Source of the DNA: Actinobacteria bacterium UBA959
GTDB lineage: Bacteria > Actinomycetota > Actinomycetes > S36-B12 > UBA5976
Direction: 5' to 3'
DNA length: 64,000 nucleotides
Assembly: GCA_002293025.1 (NCBI GenBank)
Contig: DBCL01000002.1
Span: 57,893-121,892, forward strand
Shown in pieces: positions 31,249-43,154 of the stretch. The notes under the pieces are model-generated. The model searched no databases, had not been told where the DNA came from, and saw only the letters and a program-made list of their open reading frames with translations. The position numbers and the translations under genes were made by a program. Position 1 is the stretch's first letter, and each line of letters starts with the position of its first letter.

Positions 31249-33449
31249 AGTTTTTCAACCGGAGCGTACCTAAGCAGTAACCGCTTCTGGCCTGCTTCTC
31301 CAAAATCTATAGTCGCGGTTACATTGTCTCCAGAACCATTAATCTCTTGAACTCGTCCCAAGCCAAACTGGGTGTGATTAACCCGATCGCCAATTTCAAG
31401 TTGAACAATTACTTTTGCTGGAGTGGATTTTGCTAAACGAGTAGTAGCTGATTCGGAAAGTGGAGCGTGACCTGGATCTGCTCGCAACACATTTATCAGA
31501 TGATCTGGAATTTCAGTGATAAACCGGGAAGCCGGATGATATTGCGGAGCACCCCACGCTGAACGACGAATGGCTCGTGATAAAAACAGCCGCTCTCGAG
31601 CTCTAGTAATTCCAACATAAGCCAAGCGGCGTTCCTCTTGAAGTTCTTCTTTTTCACCCAAAGAGCGAATGTGTGGAAACACCCCGTCTTCCATCCCAGT
31701 TAAGAACACAACTGGAAACTCAAGGCCTTTAGCAGTGTGTAGGGTCATGAGAGTGATAACCCCATCGTCGCGGTCAGGTATTGAATCTGCATCTGCCACC
31801 AATGAAACTCGCTCTAAGAAGCCAGTTAGTCCAGCTGCATCTTCGGAAGAGTCATAATCTGCTGCAGCAGCTTCAAGTTCACTAAGGTTTTCAACTCGCA
31901 CTTGATCTTGAGGGTCTGCTGAAGCGCTCAATTCAGCTAAATAACCGGTCTGTTCTAATACTGCTTGTAGCACAATTGCGGAACCAGCATTGCTATCCGC
32001 GAGCGTCTTTAAGTCGTTGATTAATTGAGCAAAAGCCATCACCGTGCTGGCTGCTTTGGCTGCAATGCCAGGAGCTTGATCTGCCTGAGCCAACACTCTA
32101 AACAAGGATGTATCTCGTTTATTCGCCATTAAAGTTAAGGCAGCTTCTGCTTTATCTCCAATTCCACGTCTTGGGACATTAAGAATTCTTCGCAAAGAGA
32201 TATCATCATCTGGATTATTAATAACCTTCAAATAAGCAATCGCATCCTTGATTTCTGCTCTTTCATAGAAGCGAACTCCACCAACAACTTTGTAGGGAAT
32301 ATCTGACCGAATGAATACTTCTTCTACTGCTCGGGACTGAGCATTTGTTCGGTAAAAAACTGCTACATCGGAAAACTTAACCCCAAAATCTTGAAGTTGT
32401 TTAATCTGATCAATAATGAATCGAGCTTCATCATGTTCATCATCAGCTATATAAAGACCTACGAGGTCTCCGTCTCCTGAATCAGACCATAGTTTTTTAT
32501 CCATACGGTTTGGATTCTTAGCAATAACGGAATTTGCCGCCGATAAGATATTTTGAGTGCTGCGATAGTTTTGTTCAAGTAAAATTGTGGTCGACTTGGG
32601 ATAATCTTTCTCAAAGTCGACAATGTTCCTGATTGTGGCACCACGAAATGCATAAATACTTTGATCTGCATCACCAACAACACATAATCCAGCAGGTGCT
32701 AGGCCATCACTAGCTTTACCAACTAGCTCTCGAATCAAGACATACTGAGCAGTGTTGGTGTCTTGATACTCATCTACCAAAATGTGTTTAAATCTGCGAC
32801 GATATGACTCTTTGACTTGCGGGTTTAGCTGCAGGAGTGCAACAGTGTGTGAGATTAAATCATCAAAGTCAACTGCATTTGATCTACGTAATCTATTTTG
32901 GTACTCACGATAAACAGTTGCTAGAACGCCTTGGGCGCTTTCTGGCTCAATCCGCTTAGCAAAAGTTTCATAATCCTCAAGTTCGTTTTTTAGAGTAGAA
33001 ATTTTGTTTTGTAAACTTCTAGGTTGGTGTTGTTTTGGATCTAAGTCCAAATCGCGCACTATTAAAGTAATTAGTCTGAGCGAATCTGCTTGATCATAAA
33101 TCGTGAAGTTAGTACCAATCCCTAATTCTGCGCCATCTTTGCGAAGAATCCGAACGCAAGCGCTGTGAAAAGTCATGACCCACATATAGCGAGCGTGTGG
33201 TCCCACTAATTCCACCACACGTTCTTTCATCTCATTAGCAGCTTTATTGGTAAATGTAATGGCTAAAATTTCTTCAGGGTTGGCAGCGCCAGTTGCTATC
33301 AAGTGCGCAATACGACGAGTAAGTACTCGAGTTTTGCCTGATCCAGCACCAGCGACCACTAATAGGCTGGAATCTTGATGGGTAACTGCTTTTGCTTGTG
33401 CAGGGTTTAGGTCACTGAGATCTTGGTTGGCTGCGTTGACTGGATTCAC
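31245..33449 (-). CDS. pcrA: ATP-dependent DNA helicase PcrA/UvrD family
   Basis: Walker A AGAGSGKT, DEYQDTN, and the SF1 motifs VGDADQSIYAFRGA and TLHTAKGLEF. The C-terminal Tudor-like tail is present. Its stop overlaps the M23 gene stop convergently. Confidence 0.9.
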   Translation of the reverse strand: MNPVNAANQDLSDLNPAQAKAVTHQDSSLLVVAGAGSGKTRVLTRRIAHLIATGAANPEEILAITFTNKAANEMKERVVELVGPHARYMWVMTFHSACVRILRKDGAELGIGTNFTIYDQADSLRLITLIVRDLDLDPKQHQPRSLQNKISTLKNELEDYETFAKRIEPESAQGVLATVYREYQNRLRRSNAVDFDDLISHTVALLQLNPQVKESYRRRFKHILVDEYQDTNTAQYVLIRELVGKASDGLAPAGLCVVGDADQSIYAFRGATIRNIVDFEKDYPKSTTILLEQNYRSTQNILSAANSVIAKNPNRMDKKLWSDSGDGDLVGLYIADDEHDEARFIIDQIKQLQDFGVKFSDVAVFYRTNAQSRAVEEVFIRSDIPYKVVGGVRFYERAEIKDAIAYLKVINNPDDDISLRRILNVPRRGIGDKAEAALTLMANKRDTSLFRVLAQADQAPGIAAKAASTVMAFAQLINDLKTLADSNAGSAIVLQAVLEQTGYLAELSASADPQDQVRVENLSELEAAAADYDSSEDAAGLTGFLERVSLVADADSIPDRDDGVITLMTLHTAKGLEFPVVFLTGMEDGVFPHIRSLGEKEELQEERRLAYVGITRARERLFLSRAIRRSAWGAPQYHPASRFITEIPDHLINVLRADPGHAPLSESATTRLAKSTPAKVIVQLEIGDRVNHTQFGLGRVQEINGSGDNVTATIDFGEAGQKRLLLRYAPVEKL

Positions 33450-33470
33450 TGGCTAAGTCTAAAGATTAGG

Positions 33471-35930
33471 TCAGTCACCCCAGCCAATTATGGCCAATGA
33501 AACATCCGCTGAGCCAGAATTGGCTAAAACTTGAAGACTTCGTAGTTCATCAATTGCTACAAAAGCCAAGCTAGTGCGTGGATTATTGTCTGGGATACCA
33601 ATATTTGCAGTTAGTGGTCTTGTTGCCCCCCATACAAATACACCCTGAGCAGCGCTTCGCTTTCGAACTGTAACTGATACCAAAACTACTTTTGCTTGTG
33701 GTGGGATTGTTACTAATTTTGATAGTGGTACTGAAACTATCTTGTCAGATTTTATAGTTGTATTTGTTAGTGCACTAATTGGTCTGATTGGCACAATACC
33801 ATTCATGCCACCTTCTGGATTAGGTCCTAGAAACCAATTGCTATGTACTTTTAACTCAACTGCAGCATTTCCCTCATTAACAAAAGTGAGAGTTCTATTG
33901 CCACGGAGAGACAAAACTGCATCTGCTGTTGAATTGTAATTAACAGCCAACTGCACTACATCTCCGCTAAAAACTAATACTCGGCCAGCACCTTTTGCGC
34001 TGACAGTTATTACGACCGATGCAGCCTCTGGGGCCTCACCCACCTCTGACTTTGGTAAAGCTAAAGATCGAGTTTCCCCAGGTTTAATTGGAGTCTTAAC
34101 ATCAAGTAATGCTGAAGAATTAAGCCTAATCGTTGATCTTGGAGTATTCGCTAATGTTTGTGGAGGATTAGCGAAGTAACCAATCACATCAAGGGCGACT
34201 TCAGCTGCTCCAGTTGCAACCGCAACTGAAATTGCTCCATCTGTTCCAACCGGAACAATAGTTTCGGCGCTGGCTGAACCATTCATGTTTACTGGCACTG
34301 TTGCAATATTTGGTCTGGTAGTACCTCTGGCATAAACTGACAAACTAGATGGAGCATTGCTATTAGAAACAGTGGCTCGAACTAACACTGCTGCAACACC
34401 CGTGCTTGGTAATCCTGGGATTAATACTGGAGTAGCTGGCGGCAATGGGGTCACTAGTGGTGGAAGCAATGCGGTGTCTTCAGCCTCCAATACCACTTCA
34501 ATTGGCTTCATAATTGGAATTGCTAAGTACCTGGTGTCTAAAGTGCTTCGCCTACCACCTAACCGACAAGGCTGGCTAACGCCAAGTCCAGTTTTTGTAT
34601 CCAAGATTCGAATTGGAGTAATCGCAGTCAACTGCTGTGGGTCAATAACTGCAGTAGGCGCAATCGCACTTGGCGACTCCTCGCAGACAGCAAGTGTTTG
34701 AGGATTTGGATTCCAATAAGAAGTTAACCCAGCAGCCCCATCCCAGGTCATGGACATGTGGACATGATCTCTATGGCAGTAATTGTCATAACTTGAAGAC
34801 TTCTTTTGTGGATCTGTAGTGCAACCACCTATATCGCGCCAACCTTCATCGGCTCGATAGATCCCCCAGATGCGACCATCCCACAGCACATACATGACAC
34901 CCATTCGACGAGCATTTGCTCCAGGGCGGCCGTCTGCACCTGGTGCAATTAACCAAGAAAGAAATGATTCAACTTTGGCTCGTTGTTCAAGATTTCGCCA
35001 GTGATACATCCAATCAAGTGCTCTGCCTTCTTTGTGTTCACTGGTCCCACCATTTGCGCAGTCTCGATAGATACCAATAACAGTTTCACCATAAACTTCT
35101 TTAAGTAGGGCTCTTAGTCTGTCTGCACCAATTTTTGGGCTTGGATCACAGATGACTTGTGACTGATATTCACCAGCTGCATCAAAAGCAACGGTGTCTG
35201 CAATTGGGTTGGGAGTCTTGATAGTTGGTGCCACCACTGGAGGAGTTTCTGGCTGCGGAATCACGCCCGGATCAGTTGTAGGTAGTGGCTCTTCATTTGT
35301 AGGCTCAACTACTGGGCTAGTGGGCAACTCTGCCAATTTAGCAGAAGTAGAAATACCGAGCGCGGCCCATAACTCAGGTGTAACTACACCTGTGACCTTA
35401 AGTCCTGATGTTTTTTGTGCAGTTTCAACCGCTGCTTTTGTTTTAGTAAAGAACCCACCAGTTACTGGAGTCACACCTAATAGAACTTGTAATCTCTTAA
35501 CATTCTCATTTTTGTCTTCAAACTTCAATGTTGGCAAAGTTTTGTCGATAACAACTGTTTCAGCAGGCGTTGCTGGAACATCTATTACTTTAGTTGGAAC
35601 TTTCTGTAACTCTTTTGTTGAGTTAATTCCTAATGCTGACCATGTTTTTTGATCAACGATCCCAGAAGTTTTTAACTTACTTTTCTTTTGTAGGTCTATT
35701 ACTGCATTCTTCGTTTTATTGAAAAATCCACCCGAAATTGGGTTAACCCCTAGTAATACTTGTAACCGCTTAACAGCTGCGTTTTTGTCTCCATACTTAA
35801 GCTGCGGCAAAGCACTGACTTGTGATGACTTGGTTTCATTGGCCGCTGCTGGCAGAGCTCCACTTATTGGGAGCAGCAAACTACTCACCATAAGAACTAC
35901 TACTGCAGCCCGGATCTGGGGAAAGGGCAT
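33471..35930 (-). CDS. secreted multidomain peptidoglycan hydrolase: 2x PG_binding_1 + Pro-rich linker + LAS/M15 (VanY-like) Zn-peptidase + three beta-rich C-terminal repeats
   Basis: Signal peptide. Two copies of (Y/F)(G/E)DKN..VKRLQVLLGV.P..GGFF.KTK.AV (aa 42-101 and 132-192). SEHKEGRALD matches SxHxxGxAxD (nt 35013-35042), and HRDHVH lies downstream. Confidence 0.75.
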   Translation of the reverse strand: MPFPQIRAAVVVLMVSSLLLPISGALPAAANETKSSQVSALPQLKYGDKNAAVKRLQVLLGVNPISGGFFNKTKNAVIDLQKKSKLKTSGIVDQKTWSALGINSTKELQKVPTKVIDVPATPAETVVIDKTLPTLKFEDKNENVKRLQVLLGVTPVTGGFFTKTKAAVETAQKTSGLKVTGVVTPELWAALGISTSAKLAELPTSPVVEPTNEEPLPTTDPGVIPQPETPPVVAPTIKTPNPIADTVAFDAAGEYQSQVICDPSPKIGADRLRALLKEVYGETVIGIYRDCANGGTSEHKEGRALDWMYHWRNLEQRAKVESFLSWLIAPGADGRPGANARRMGVMYVLWDGRIWGIYRADEGWRDIGGCTTDPQKKSSSYDNYCHRDHVHMSMTWDGAAGLTSYWNPNPQTLAVCEESPSAIAPTAVIDPQQLTAITPIRILDTKTGLGVSQPCRLGGRRSTLDTRYLAIPIMKPIEVVLEAEDTALLPPLVTPLPPATPVLIPGLPSTGVAAVLVRATVSNSNAPSSLSVYARGTTRPNIATVPVNMNGSASAETIVPVGTDGAISVAVATGAAEVALDVIGYFANPPQTLANTPRSTIRLNSSALLDVKTPIKPGETRSLALPKSEVGEAPEAASVVITVSAKGAGRVLVFSGDVVQLAVNYNSTADAVLSLRGNRTLTFVNEGNAAVELKVHSNWFLGPNPEGGMNGIVPIRPISALTNTTIKSDKIVSVPLSKLVTIPPQAKVVLVSVTVRKRSAAQGVFVWGATRPLTANIGIPDNNPRTSLAFVAIDELRSLQVLANSGSADVSLAIIGWGD

Positions 35931-36031
35931 GGGTTAACTTTCCCATGAGAATTAGATTTTCGCCTCAAATCTGACACAATGTCGTATGAAAACTAGAAAA
36001 TCTAGAGAAATTCTAAGAGTTGGAGCAATTA

Positions 36032-36742
36032 ATGTTCGAATTACCTAAGCAGGCCCTAGTAGTTACTGCTCACCCAGACGATATTGATTTTGGTGGTGGG
36101 GGAACTGTTGCGTGGCTTAGGTCACAAGGAGTAGGTGTTTCTTATTGCATCTGCACTGATGGAAACCAAGGTGGTGAAGACCCATCAGTTAGTCGTGATG
36201 AGATGCGCAAAATTCGCAGATCCGAACAAATTGCAGCTGGTGCAATTTTAGGCGTTACTGATGTTTCTTTTTTAGGTTTTGATGATGGTAAGTTGTTTCC
36301 AACACTCGAATTGCGTAAAGCAATTGTGCAAGAAATTAGAAGAGTTAAGCCTGACGTTGTTATCACCCAGTCTCCAGAAAGAAACTGGAACCGTATTTAC
36401 TCTGCACACCCTGACCATCTAGCAGCAGGAGAGGGTGCAGTACAAGCTGTTTACCCAGATGCAAGAAATATGTTTGCTTTCCCAGAATTATTAGAAGCTG
36501 GATTTGAGCCTTGGACAGTGAGTGAGTTGTGGCTAATGGCACATGCCACTCCTAATCACTTTGTGGACATCACCGACTATCTACCTAAAAAACTCGCAGC
36601 ACTTAAGGCCCATGCTTCTCAAACAAATCAAATCGCAGATTTAGAAGAGCGAATCACAAATTGGGGCACATTAGTTGCCGAACAATCAGAACTTGGATCA
36701 GGGAAGCTTGCTGAAGGTTTTTTCGTAGTCTCTACTTTGTAG
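36032..36742 (+). CDS. PIG-L/LmbE-family N-acetylglucosaminyl deacetylase
   Basis: Motif VVTAHPDDIDFGGGGT and the downstream HPDH. ATG 36032 has GGAG 6 nt upstream. The ORF track starts at TTG 36020. Confidence 0.8.
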   Translation: MFELPKQALVVTAHPDDIDFGGGGTVAWLRSQGVGVSYCICTDGNQGGEDPSVSRDEMRKIRRSEQIAAGAILGVTDVSFLGFDDGKLFPTLELRKAIVQEIRRVKPDVVITQSPERNWNRIYSAHPDHLAAGEGAVQAVYPDARNMFAFPELLEAGFEPWTVSELWLMAHATPNHFVDITDYLPKKLAALKAHASQTNQIADLEERITNWGTLVAEQSELGSGKLAEGFFVVSTL

Positions 36743-37114
36743 TTACCAGAAAACGGCAATTACAATATTGGCTAGTGTTAGTAGGCCAATGGACAGCCAG
36801 GTACCTGAATCAACAGCAGGCTTCTTGCGGTTATGAAAAGCCAAAATGAGAATCACGATAATGAGTAAAGTTTTGACTAATACTTTGGCATTGTCAGGTA
36901 GCGGCCAAGCATTTGGGTCTTGATCGTGTAATGGGTAGCGAACTCCTACCAGGCCAATTCCTGCAACAAATGTTAGTAATGCGCCATGCAGCATGCCTGC
37001 TTGTATTTTGCGCTCACGCACTCGAGACTGACTGAGAAATCCACCAAACAGGGCTGCGAAACCAATAAAGTGTAAAACTAAGAGTGAATTACGAACAATT
37101 TCTAATGTACTCAT
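36743..37114 (-). CDS. small integral membrane protein (about 4 TM), function unknown
   Basis: 123 aa, four hydrophobic segments, no recognisable motif. Confidence 0.5.
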   Translation of the reverse strand: MSTLEIVRNSLLVLHFIGFAALFGGFLSQSRVRERKIQAGMLHGALLTFVAGIGLVGVRYPLHDQDPNAWPLPDNAKVLVKTLLIIVILILAFHNRKKPAVDSGTWLSIGLLTLANIVIAVFW

Positions 37115-37126
37115 GTTGCCCCCTGG

Positions 37127-38689
37127 TTATTCCCACTCAATTGTGCCTGGTGGCTTACTAGTAACGTCCAGTACGACACGGTTCACCTCAGGGACTTCAT
37201 TCGTGATTCGAGATGAGATCTTTGCAATTAGCTCGTATGGCAATCTCGACCAGTCTGCAGTCATGGCATCTTCACTAGACACTGGTCGAAGGACAATTGG
37301 GTGTCCATAAGTTCTGCCGTCACCTTGAACGCCAACACTGCGCACGTCTGCGAGCAGAACTACCGGAAACTGCCAAACAGAGTCATTTAATCCAGACTTT
37401 TCCAATTCAAGTCTCGCAATTGCGTCAGCTGCTCTGAGAATGTCTAATCGACTTTGATCAACTGCACCAACGATTCTGATTGCTAAGCCAGGACCTGGGA
37501 ATGGATGTCGACCAACAATTGATTCTGGAAGTCCCAAACTGCGCCCTACGGTGCGTACCTCATCCTTAAATAAGGTCCGCAACGGTTCTACTAACTCAAA
37601 CTTCAAATCATCTGGTAAGCCACCAACATTGTGATGACTCTTAATTGTGGCCGTAGATGATCCGCCACCTGATTCAACAACGTCAGGATACAAAGTTCCT
37701 TGGACCAAGAATTTAACCTCACCAGAGCTTTTTGTTACCAAGTTTTTTGCAGATTCCTCAAAAACTCGGATGAATTGTGCTCCAATAATTTTTCGTTTCT
37801 GCTCAGGATCTGAAATTCCCTCAAGTGCCTTGAGGAATCTATCTCTCGCATCAACTACAACTAACTTTGTTCCAGTCGCATTAACAAAATCCTGTTCAAC
37901 TTGTTCGCGCTCTCCAGTTCTAAGTAACCCGTGGTCTACAAAAACAGCAGTTAGTTGATCCCCGATGGCTTTTTGTACAATGGCAGCAGCGACCGCAGAG
38001 TCCACTCCCCCAGAGAGCCCGCAAATTGCTAATCCGGTACCAACCTGGTTTCGAACACCCAGCACTGCATCATCCAAGATTTGATCGGTTGTCCAATTTG
38101 GCTGCAAACCTGCAATCTCAAATAAGAATCTAGAAAGCACTTCATTGCCATACTTAGAATGAATTACCTCTGGGTGATACTGCACGCCAGCCAGCCTTCT
38201 AGGCCTATTTTCGAAACTTGCTATCCGACATGAAGCGGTACTTGCTGTGATGTCGAAGCCAGCAGGTGCCTTTGTTACTGAATCACCGTGAGACATCCAC
38301 ACTTGAAACTTGCTGCTTAATCCTGAAAAGAGTGAACTTTCAGAGTTGATTGTTAGTTCTGTTGAGCCATACTCACGAATACCAGTCTTACCAACTTCCC
38401 CGCCCAATTTCTGAGCCATGTATTGAAATCCATAGCAAATTCCAAATATTGGAACATCCGAAGCAAACAAATCCCCACCAACAACTGGTGCTTTGTCTTC
38501 ATAGACACTTGCCGGGCCACCACTTAATAAAATAGCGGATGGTTGTTTGGCCAGTATTTCGGCAGCCGTTAAGTGGTGGCTAACGATTTCAGAATATAAA
38601 CCGAGCTCACGAACTCGACGCGCAATTAATTGTGCATATTGGGCACCAAAATCAACAACTAGCACTGGTTTAGGTAGATCGGCTTTCAA
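37127..38689 (-). CDS. guaA: GMP synthase (glutamine-hydrolysing)
   Basis: GATase Cys in GICYGFQ, PP-loop [10 protein letters not shown], and a C-terminus ending in IEWE. Confidence 0.94.
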   Translation of the reverse strand: MKADLPKPVLVVDFGAQYAQLIARRVRELGLYSEIVSHHLTAAEILAKQPSAILLSGGPASVYEDKAPVVGGDLFASDVPIFGICYGFQYMAQKLGGEVGKTGIREYGSTELTINSESSLFSGLSSKFQVWMSHGDSVTKAPAGFDITASTASCRIASFENRPRRLAGVQYHPEVIHSKYGNEVLSRFLFEIAGLQPNWTTDQILDDAVLGVRNQVGTGLAICGLSGGVDSAVAAAIVQKAIGDQLTAVFVDHGLLRTGEREQVEQDFVNATGTKLVVVDARDRFLKALEGISDPEQKRKIIGAQFIRVFEESAKNLVTKSSGEVKFLVQGTLYPDVVESGGGSSTATIKSHHNVGGLPDDLKFELVEPLRTLFKDEVRTVGRSLGLPESIVGRHPFPGPGLAIRIVGAVDQSRLDILRAADAIARLELEKSGLNDSVWQFPVVLLADVRSVGVQGDGRTYGHPIVLRPVSSEDAMTADWSRLPYELIAKISSRITNEVPEVNRVVLDVTSKPPGTIEWE

Positions 38690-38700
38690 GTCAATTCCAA

Positions 38701-39810
38701 CTATTGACTAACAACGATTTCAACGCGCTGCAGTTCCTTAATATCAGAATAGCCACAGGTGGCCATACTGCGTCTTAAAGCCCCGATTGCATTCATAGAA
38801 CCGTTGGCTGAAATTGCTGGACCCTGCAAAATTTCTGAAAAACTACCAACAGAATCAACATGAATTGTGCTGGCTCTAGGAAGAGTTGGATGTCCACCCT
38901 CAACGCCCCAGTGATAACCCCGCCCTGGCGCTTCTGTGGCTTTAGCCAGCATCGAGCCCACCATTACTGCATCAGCACCACATGCGATGGCCTTAGCAAT
39001 ATCTCCAGTTGAGTGAACCCCACCATCAGAAATAACTTGGGTGTATCTGCCACCAGATTCGTCTAAGTAATCCCTGCGCGCTGCTGCAACATCTGCCACA
39101 GCAGTGGCCATTGGCACCTTCACCCCTAGAACTGATTTTGTAGTGCCGCTAGACCCGCCACCAAATCCAACTAAAACTCCAGCAGCACCTGCACGCATTA
39201 GGTGCAAAGCTGCTTGATACGTTGCACACCCGCCAACAATTACTGGGACTTCTAGTTCATAAATAAACTTCTTTAAATTAAGTGGTTCGCCAATTGTGGC
39301 CACATGTTCAGCGCTAACAGTTGAGCCTCTAATGATGAATAGATCGACCCCTGCACCGATAACTTCTTTAAAATATTTTGCGGTTAGTCGCGGAGATAGT
39401 GCTCCAGCAGTAACTATTCCAGCAGAACGAAGTTGCTTTACTCTCTCGACAAGTAGTTGTGGGATTATTTCGGCAGCATACGCCTCTTGGAGCACTTGAG
39501 TAACCTGATCTGGACTTGCCTTCGAAATTTTCTCTAAAACTTTCTCAGGATTTTCGTGTCTAGTCCAAAGTCCTTCAAGATTCAAAACTGCAAGCCCACC
39601 TAATTTGCTTAAACTTATTGCTGTCTCTGGAGACACAACTGAATCGTTAGGGGCCGCAATAACTGGATGAGCGAAATCAAAAGCATCTATCCGCCAATTG
39701 GTAGAAACCTCTTCAGGATCACGTGTGCGGCGACTTGGAACTAGCGCAATTTGATCAAAGTCAAAGGCTTCTCGGGCACGTTTCCCACGACCAATTTCTA
39801 TTTCTGTCAC
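38701..39810 (-). CDS. GuaB3-type IMP dehydrogenase-related protein
   Basis: 369 aa IMPDH-like barrel without a CBS insert or the catalytic GSICTT loop. It is adjacent to guaB, as in other actinobacteria. Confidence 0.8.
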   Translation of the reverse strand: MTEIEIGRGKRAREAFDFDQIALVPSRRTRDPEEVSTNWRIDAFDFAHPVIAAPNDSVVSPETAISLSKLGGLAVLNLEGLWTRHENPEKVLEKISKASPDQVTQVLQEAYAAEIIPQLLVERVKQLRSAGIVTAGALSPRLTAKYFKEVIGAGVDLFIIRGSTVSAEHVATIGEPLNLKKFIYELEVPVIVGGCATYQAALHLMRAGAAGVLVGFGGGSSGTTKSVLGVKVPMATAVADVAAARRDYLDESGGRYTQVISDGGVHSTGDIAKAIACGADAVMVGSMLAKATEAPGRGYHWGVEGGHPTLPRASTIHVDSVGSFSEILQGPAISANGSMNAIGALRRSMATCGYSDIKELQRVEIVVSQ

Positions 39811-39818
39811 GAATCCTC

Positions 39819-41360
<1,542 letters not shown>

Positions 41361-41375
41361 TCAGAGATTACTTGC

Positions 41376-42041
41376 TCAAGGAACGCTCATGTCCAACAGC
41401 CCGTTGCGATAGGCCGCAAGTACCGCGGCTGAGCGGTTGTGCACCCCAAGCTTGAGAAAAAGTCGCTTGCAGTGTGTCTTGACTGTGTCCTCAGAAATAT
41501 ACAGGTCAGCTCCAATTTGGGCCTTGGTCTTACCTTCACAAAACCCTCGCAACATATCTTGCTCCCGGGGACTCAATGAAATCTGACTCTTAACTGGCTT
41601 TCGGCTTGGATGGATTCCAATTCCAGAGATTGCTGCATAAAGAGCCAGTAATTCATTATTTCGGATGTCTTGACGAATATATCCAGCTGCTCCTGCGTGA
41701 GCAGTTTGTGTAAGTAGATTCTCAATTTCGTCTTCTGCCACCAAGGAGATGGTGGAACGCGCTTCAAGAATTACTAGAACTGTGACTTCAGGTGCGGCCA
41801 GCACAATATCACTAATTAAAGATGAAGGGTCTTTGGTTTGTTCGTTTACCTCTACCAACACTAAATCAAATTGTGTTTGGGAAGCCACTTTTATTAAATC
41901 ATCTACATCAGCAAATTTTAGAACCCTCTCAACACCTATTAGCTTTGCAAGTCTTCCTCGTAAGTGATCGATAAACTTTTCATTAGAGTGACAAATTGCA
42001 ATAGTTTTAATTTCAACTGATTTAATCTTTGTATGAGACAT
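41376..42041 (-). CDS. LuxR/NarL-family regulator with a degenerate (pseudo-)receiver domain
   Basis: C-terminal HTH LSPREQDMLRGFCEGKTKAQIGADLYISEDTVKTHCKRLFLKLGV. In the N-terminal receiver-like fold, the acidic pair is replaced (IAICHSNE) and the phospho-acceptor position reads LVLVEVN (Glu). Confidence 0.75.
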   Translation of the reverse strand: MSHTKIKSVEIKTIAICHSNEKFIDHLRGRLAKLIGVERVLKFADVDDLIKVASQTQFDLVLVEVNEQTKDPSSLISDIVLAAPEVTVLVILEARSTISLVAEDEIENLLTQTAHAGAAGYIRQDIRNNELLALYAAISGIGIHPSRKPVKSQISLSPREQDMLRGFCEGKTKAQIGADLYISEDTVKTHCKRLFLKLGVHNRSAAVLAAYRNGLLDMSVP

Positions 42042-42112
42042 ATCTACAACTCAAACTTGAGTGCTGCCTGAAACTATTTAATACCCAAACCTAAATAAAT
42101 GCAAATTCTGAA

Positions 42113-43066
42113 CTAGAACCCAACTGCTGTCGAAATCTTAGTTAATGCATCAGTCATGTCTTGGGTTCGAACAACTCTTGCCGGTAAATCTGCTCGCCAT
42201 CCTGGCCCTGCAGCAATTACTAATGCAGTGGGGTGCGAAGCAAGCACCTCGACTACCTCGGAAGCTCCAGCAGAATCCTTCAATTGTGCCCAAACTAACA
42301 CCACTGCTGGCCCAGTTCGCTTTGATGCAGCAAGTAGCGCGCTGGTTGGAACTCGCGGCCCTAACACTCGTGCGAGAATTCTGCGCTCAGCCAAAGCCGC
42401 AGACAAAACAAGTGTTCCCAAACTGTGAAGTTCTTCTGGAGCACAAGAGAGTAAAACTGCTCTGGAGTTAACTGGAGTTTTTAGTCTGGATGTCACCTCT
42501 TTGAAGCAGCCTTTAAGTGATTCTGTTAACAAATGTTCGAGCTCAATACCTTCACCTGTCATCTCCCACCGCTTACCAAGTCCAATCAACACGGGGGAAA
42601 TAACTTGTTCCCAAGTCCAGATTGTTCCACGCTCCGCGATAGCTTCACTCACAATTTGGGTCATGCCGTTTGAATCCATCGATGTAGCAGCTCTGGCAAG
42701 TCCACGTGCAGTTGCTGTTGATCCTGGCAGAGGAACAACATTTCCACCACCAGCTGGTGCTGCAACATTCATCTGCAAGCCTGCCGACTCATTTCCCAGA
42801 TGAGCACACCTTGCTGCTTCAGCAGGAGGCAGGCCCTGAATTACTAATCGACGCATGCGATCAAGAAGTGCGACATCTTCTGGTGTGTAGCGACGATGTC
42901 CGCCGCTGGTGCGATCAGTAGGAGTTATTCCATAACGGCGGTCCCAGGTGCGAAGTGTCGCTGGTGCTACTCCCAGCCTGCGGGCTACCGCAGCAACTGT
43001 GAGCGTAAAGCGGATCTCGGTGATCGACCCGTCTGAGTGAAATACGTCACCTTGACTCATGCACAA
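42113..43066 (-). CDS. MerR-family regulator with a CarH/LitR-like cobalamin-binding C-terminal module
   Basis: MerR HTH LTVAAVARRLGVAPATLRTWDRRYG. Wx9EH motif RWEMTGEGIELEH (nt 42533-42568). ExHxxG motif EELHSLG (nt 42416-42433). Confidence 0.7.
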   Translation of the reverse strand: MCMSQGDVFHSDGSITEIRFTLTVAAVARRLGVAPATLRTWDRRYGITPTDRTSGGHRRYTPEDVALLDRMRRLVIQGLPPAEAARCAHLGNESAGLQMNVAAPAGGGNVVPLPGSTATARGLARAATSMDSNGMTQIVSEAIAERGTIWTWEQVISPVLIGLGKRWEMTGEGIELEHLLTESLKGCFKEVTSRLKTPVNSRAVLLSCAPEELHSLGTLVLSAALAERRILARVLGPRVPTSALLAASKRTGPAVVLVWAQLKDSAGASEVVEVLASHPTALVIAAGPGWRADLPARVVRTQDMTDALTKISTAVGF

Positions 43067-43154
43067 CTACCCATTTCTCGAGGGAAACCCACACTTTCCA
43101 AGCCTACCCCTCTTTCCCTGAATAAGTTTGCCAGAAACTTGCCAACTTCGAAAG

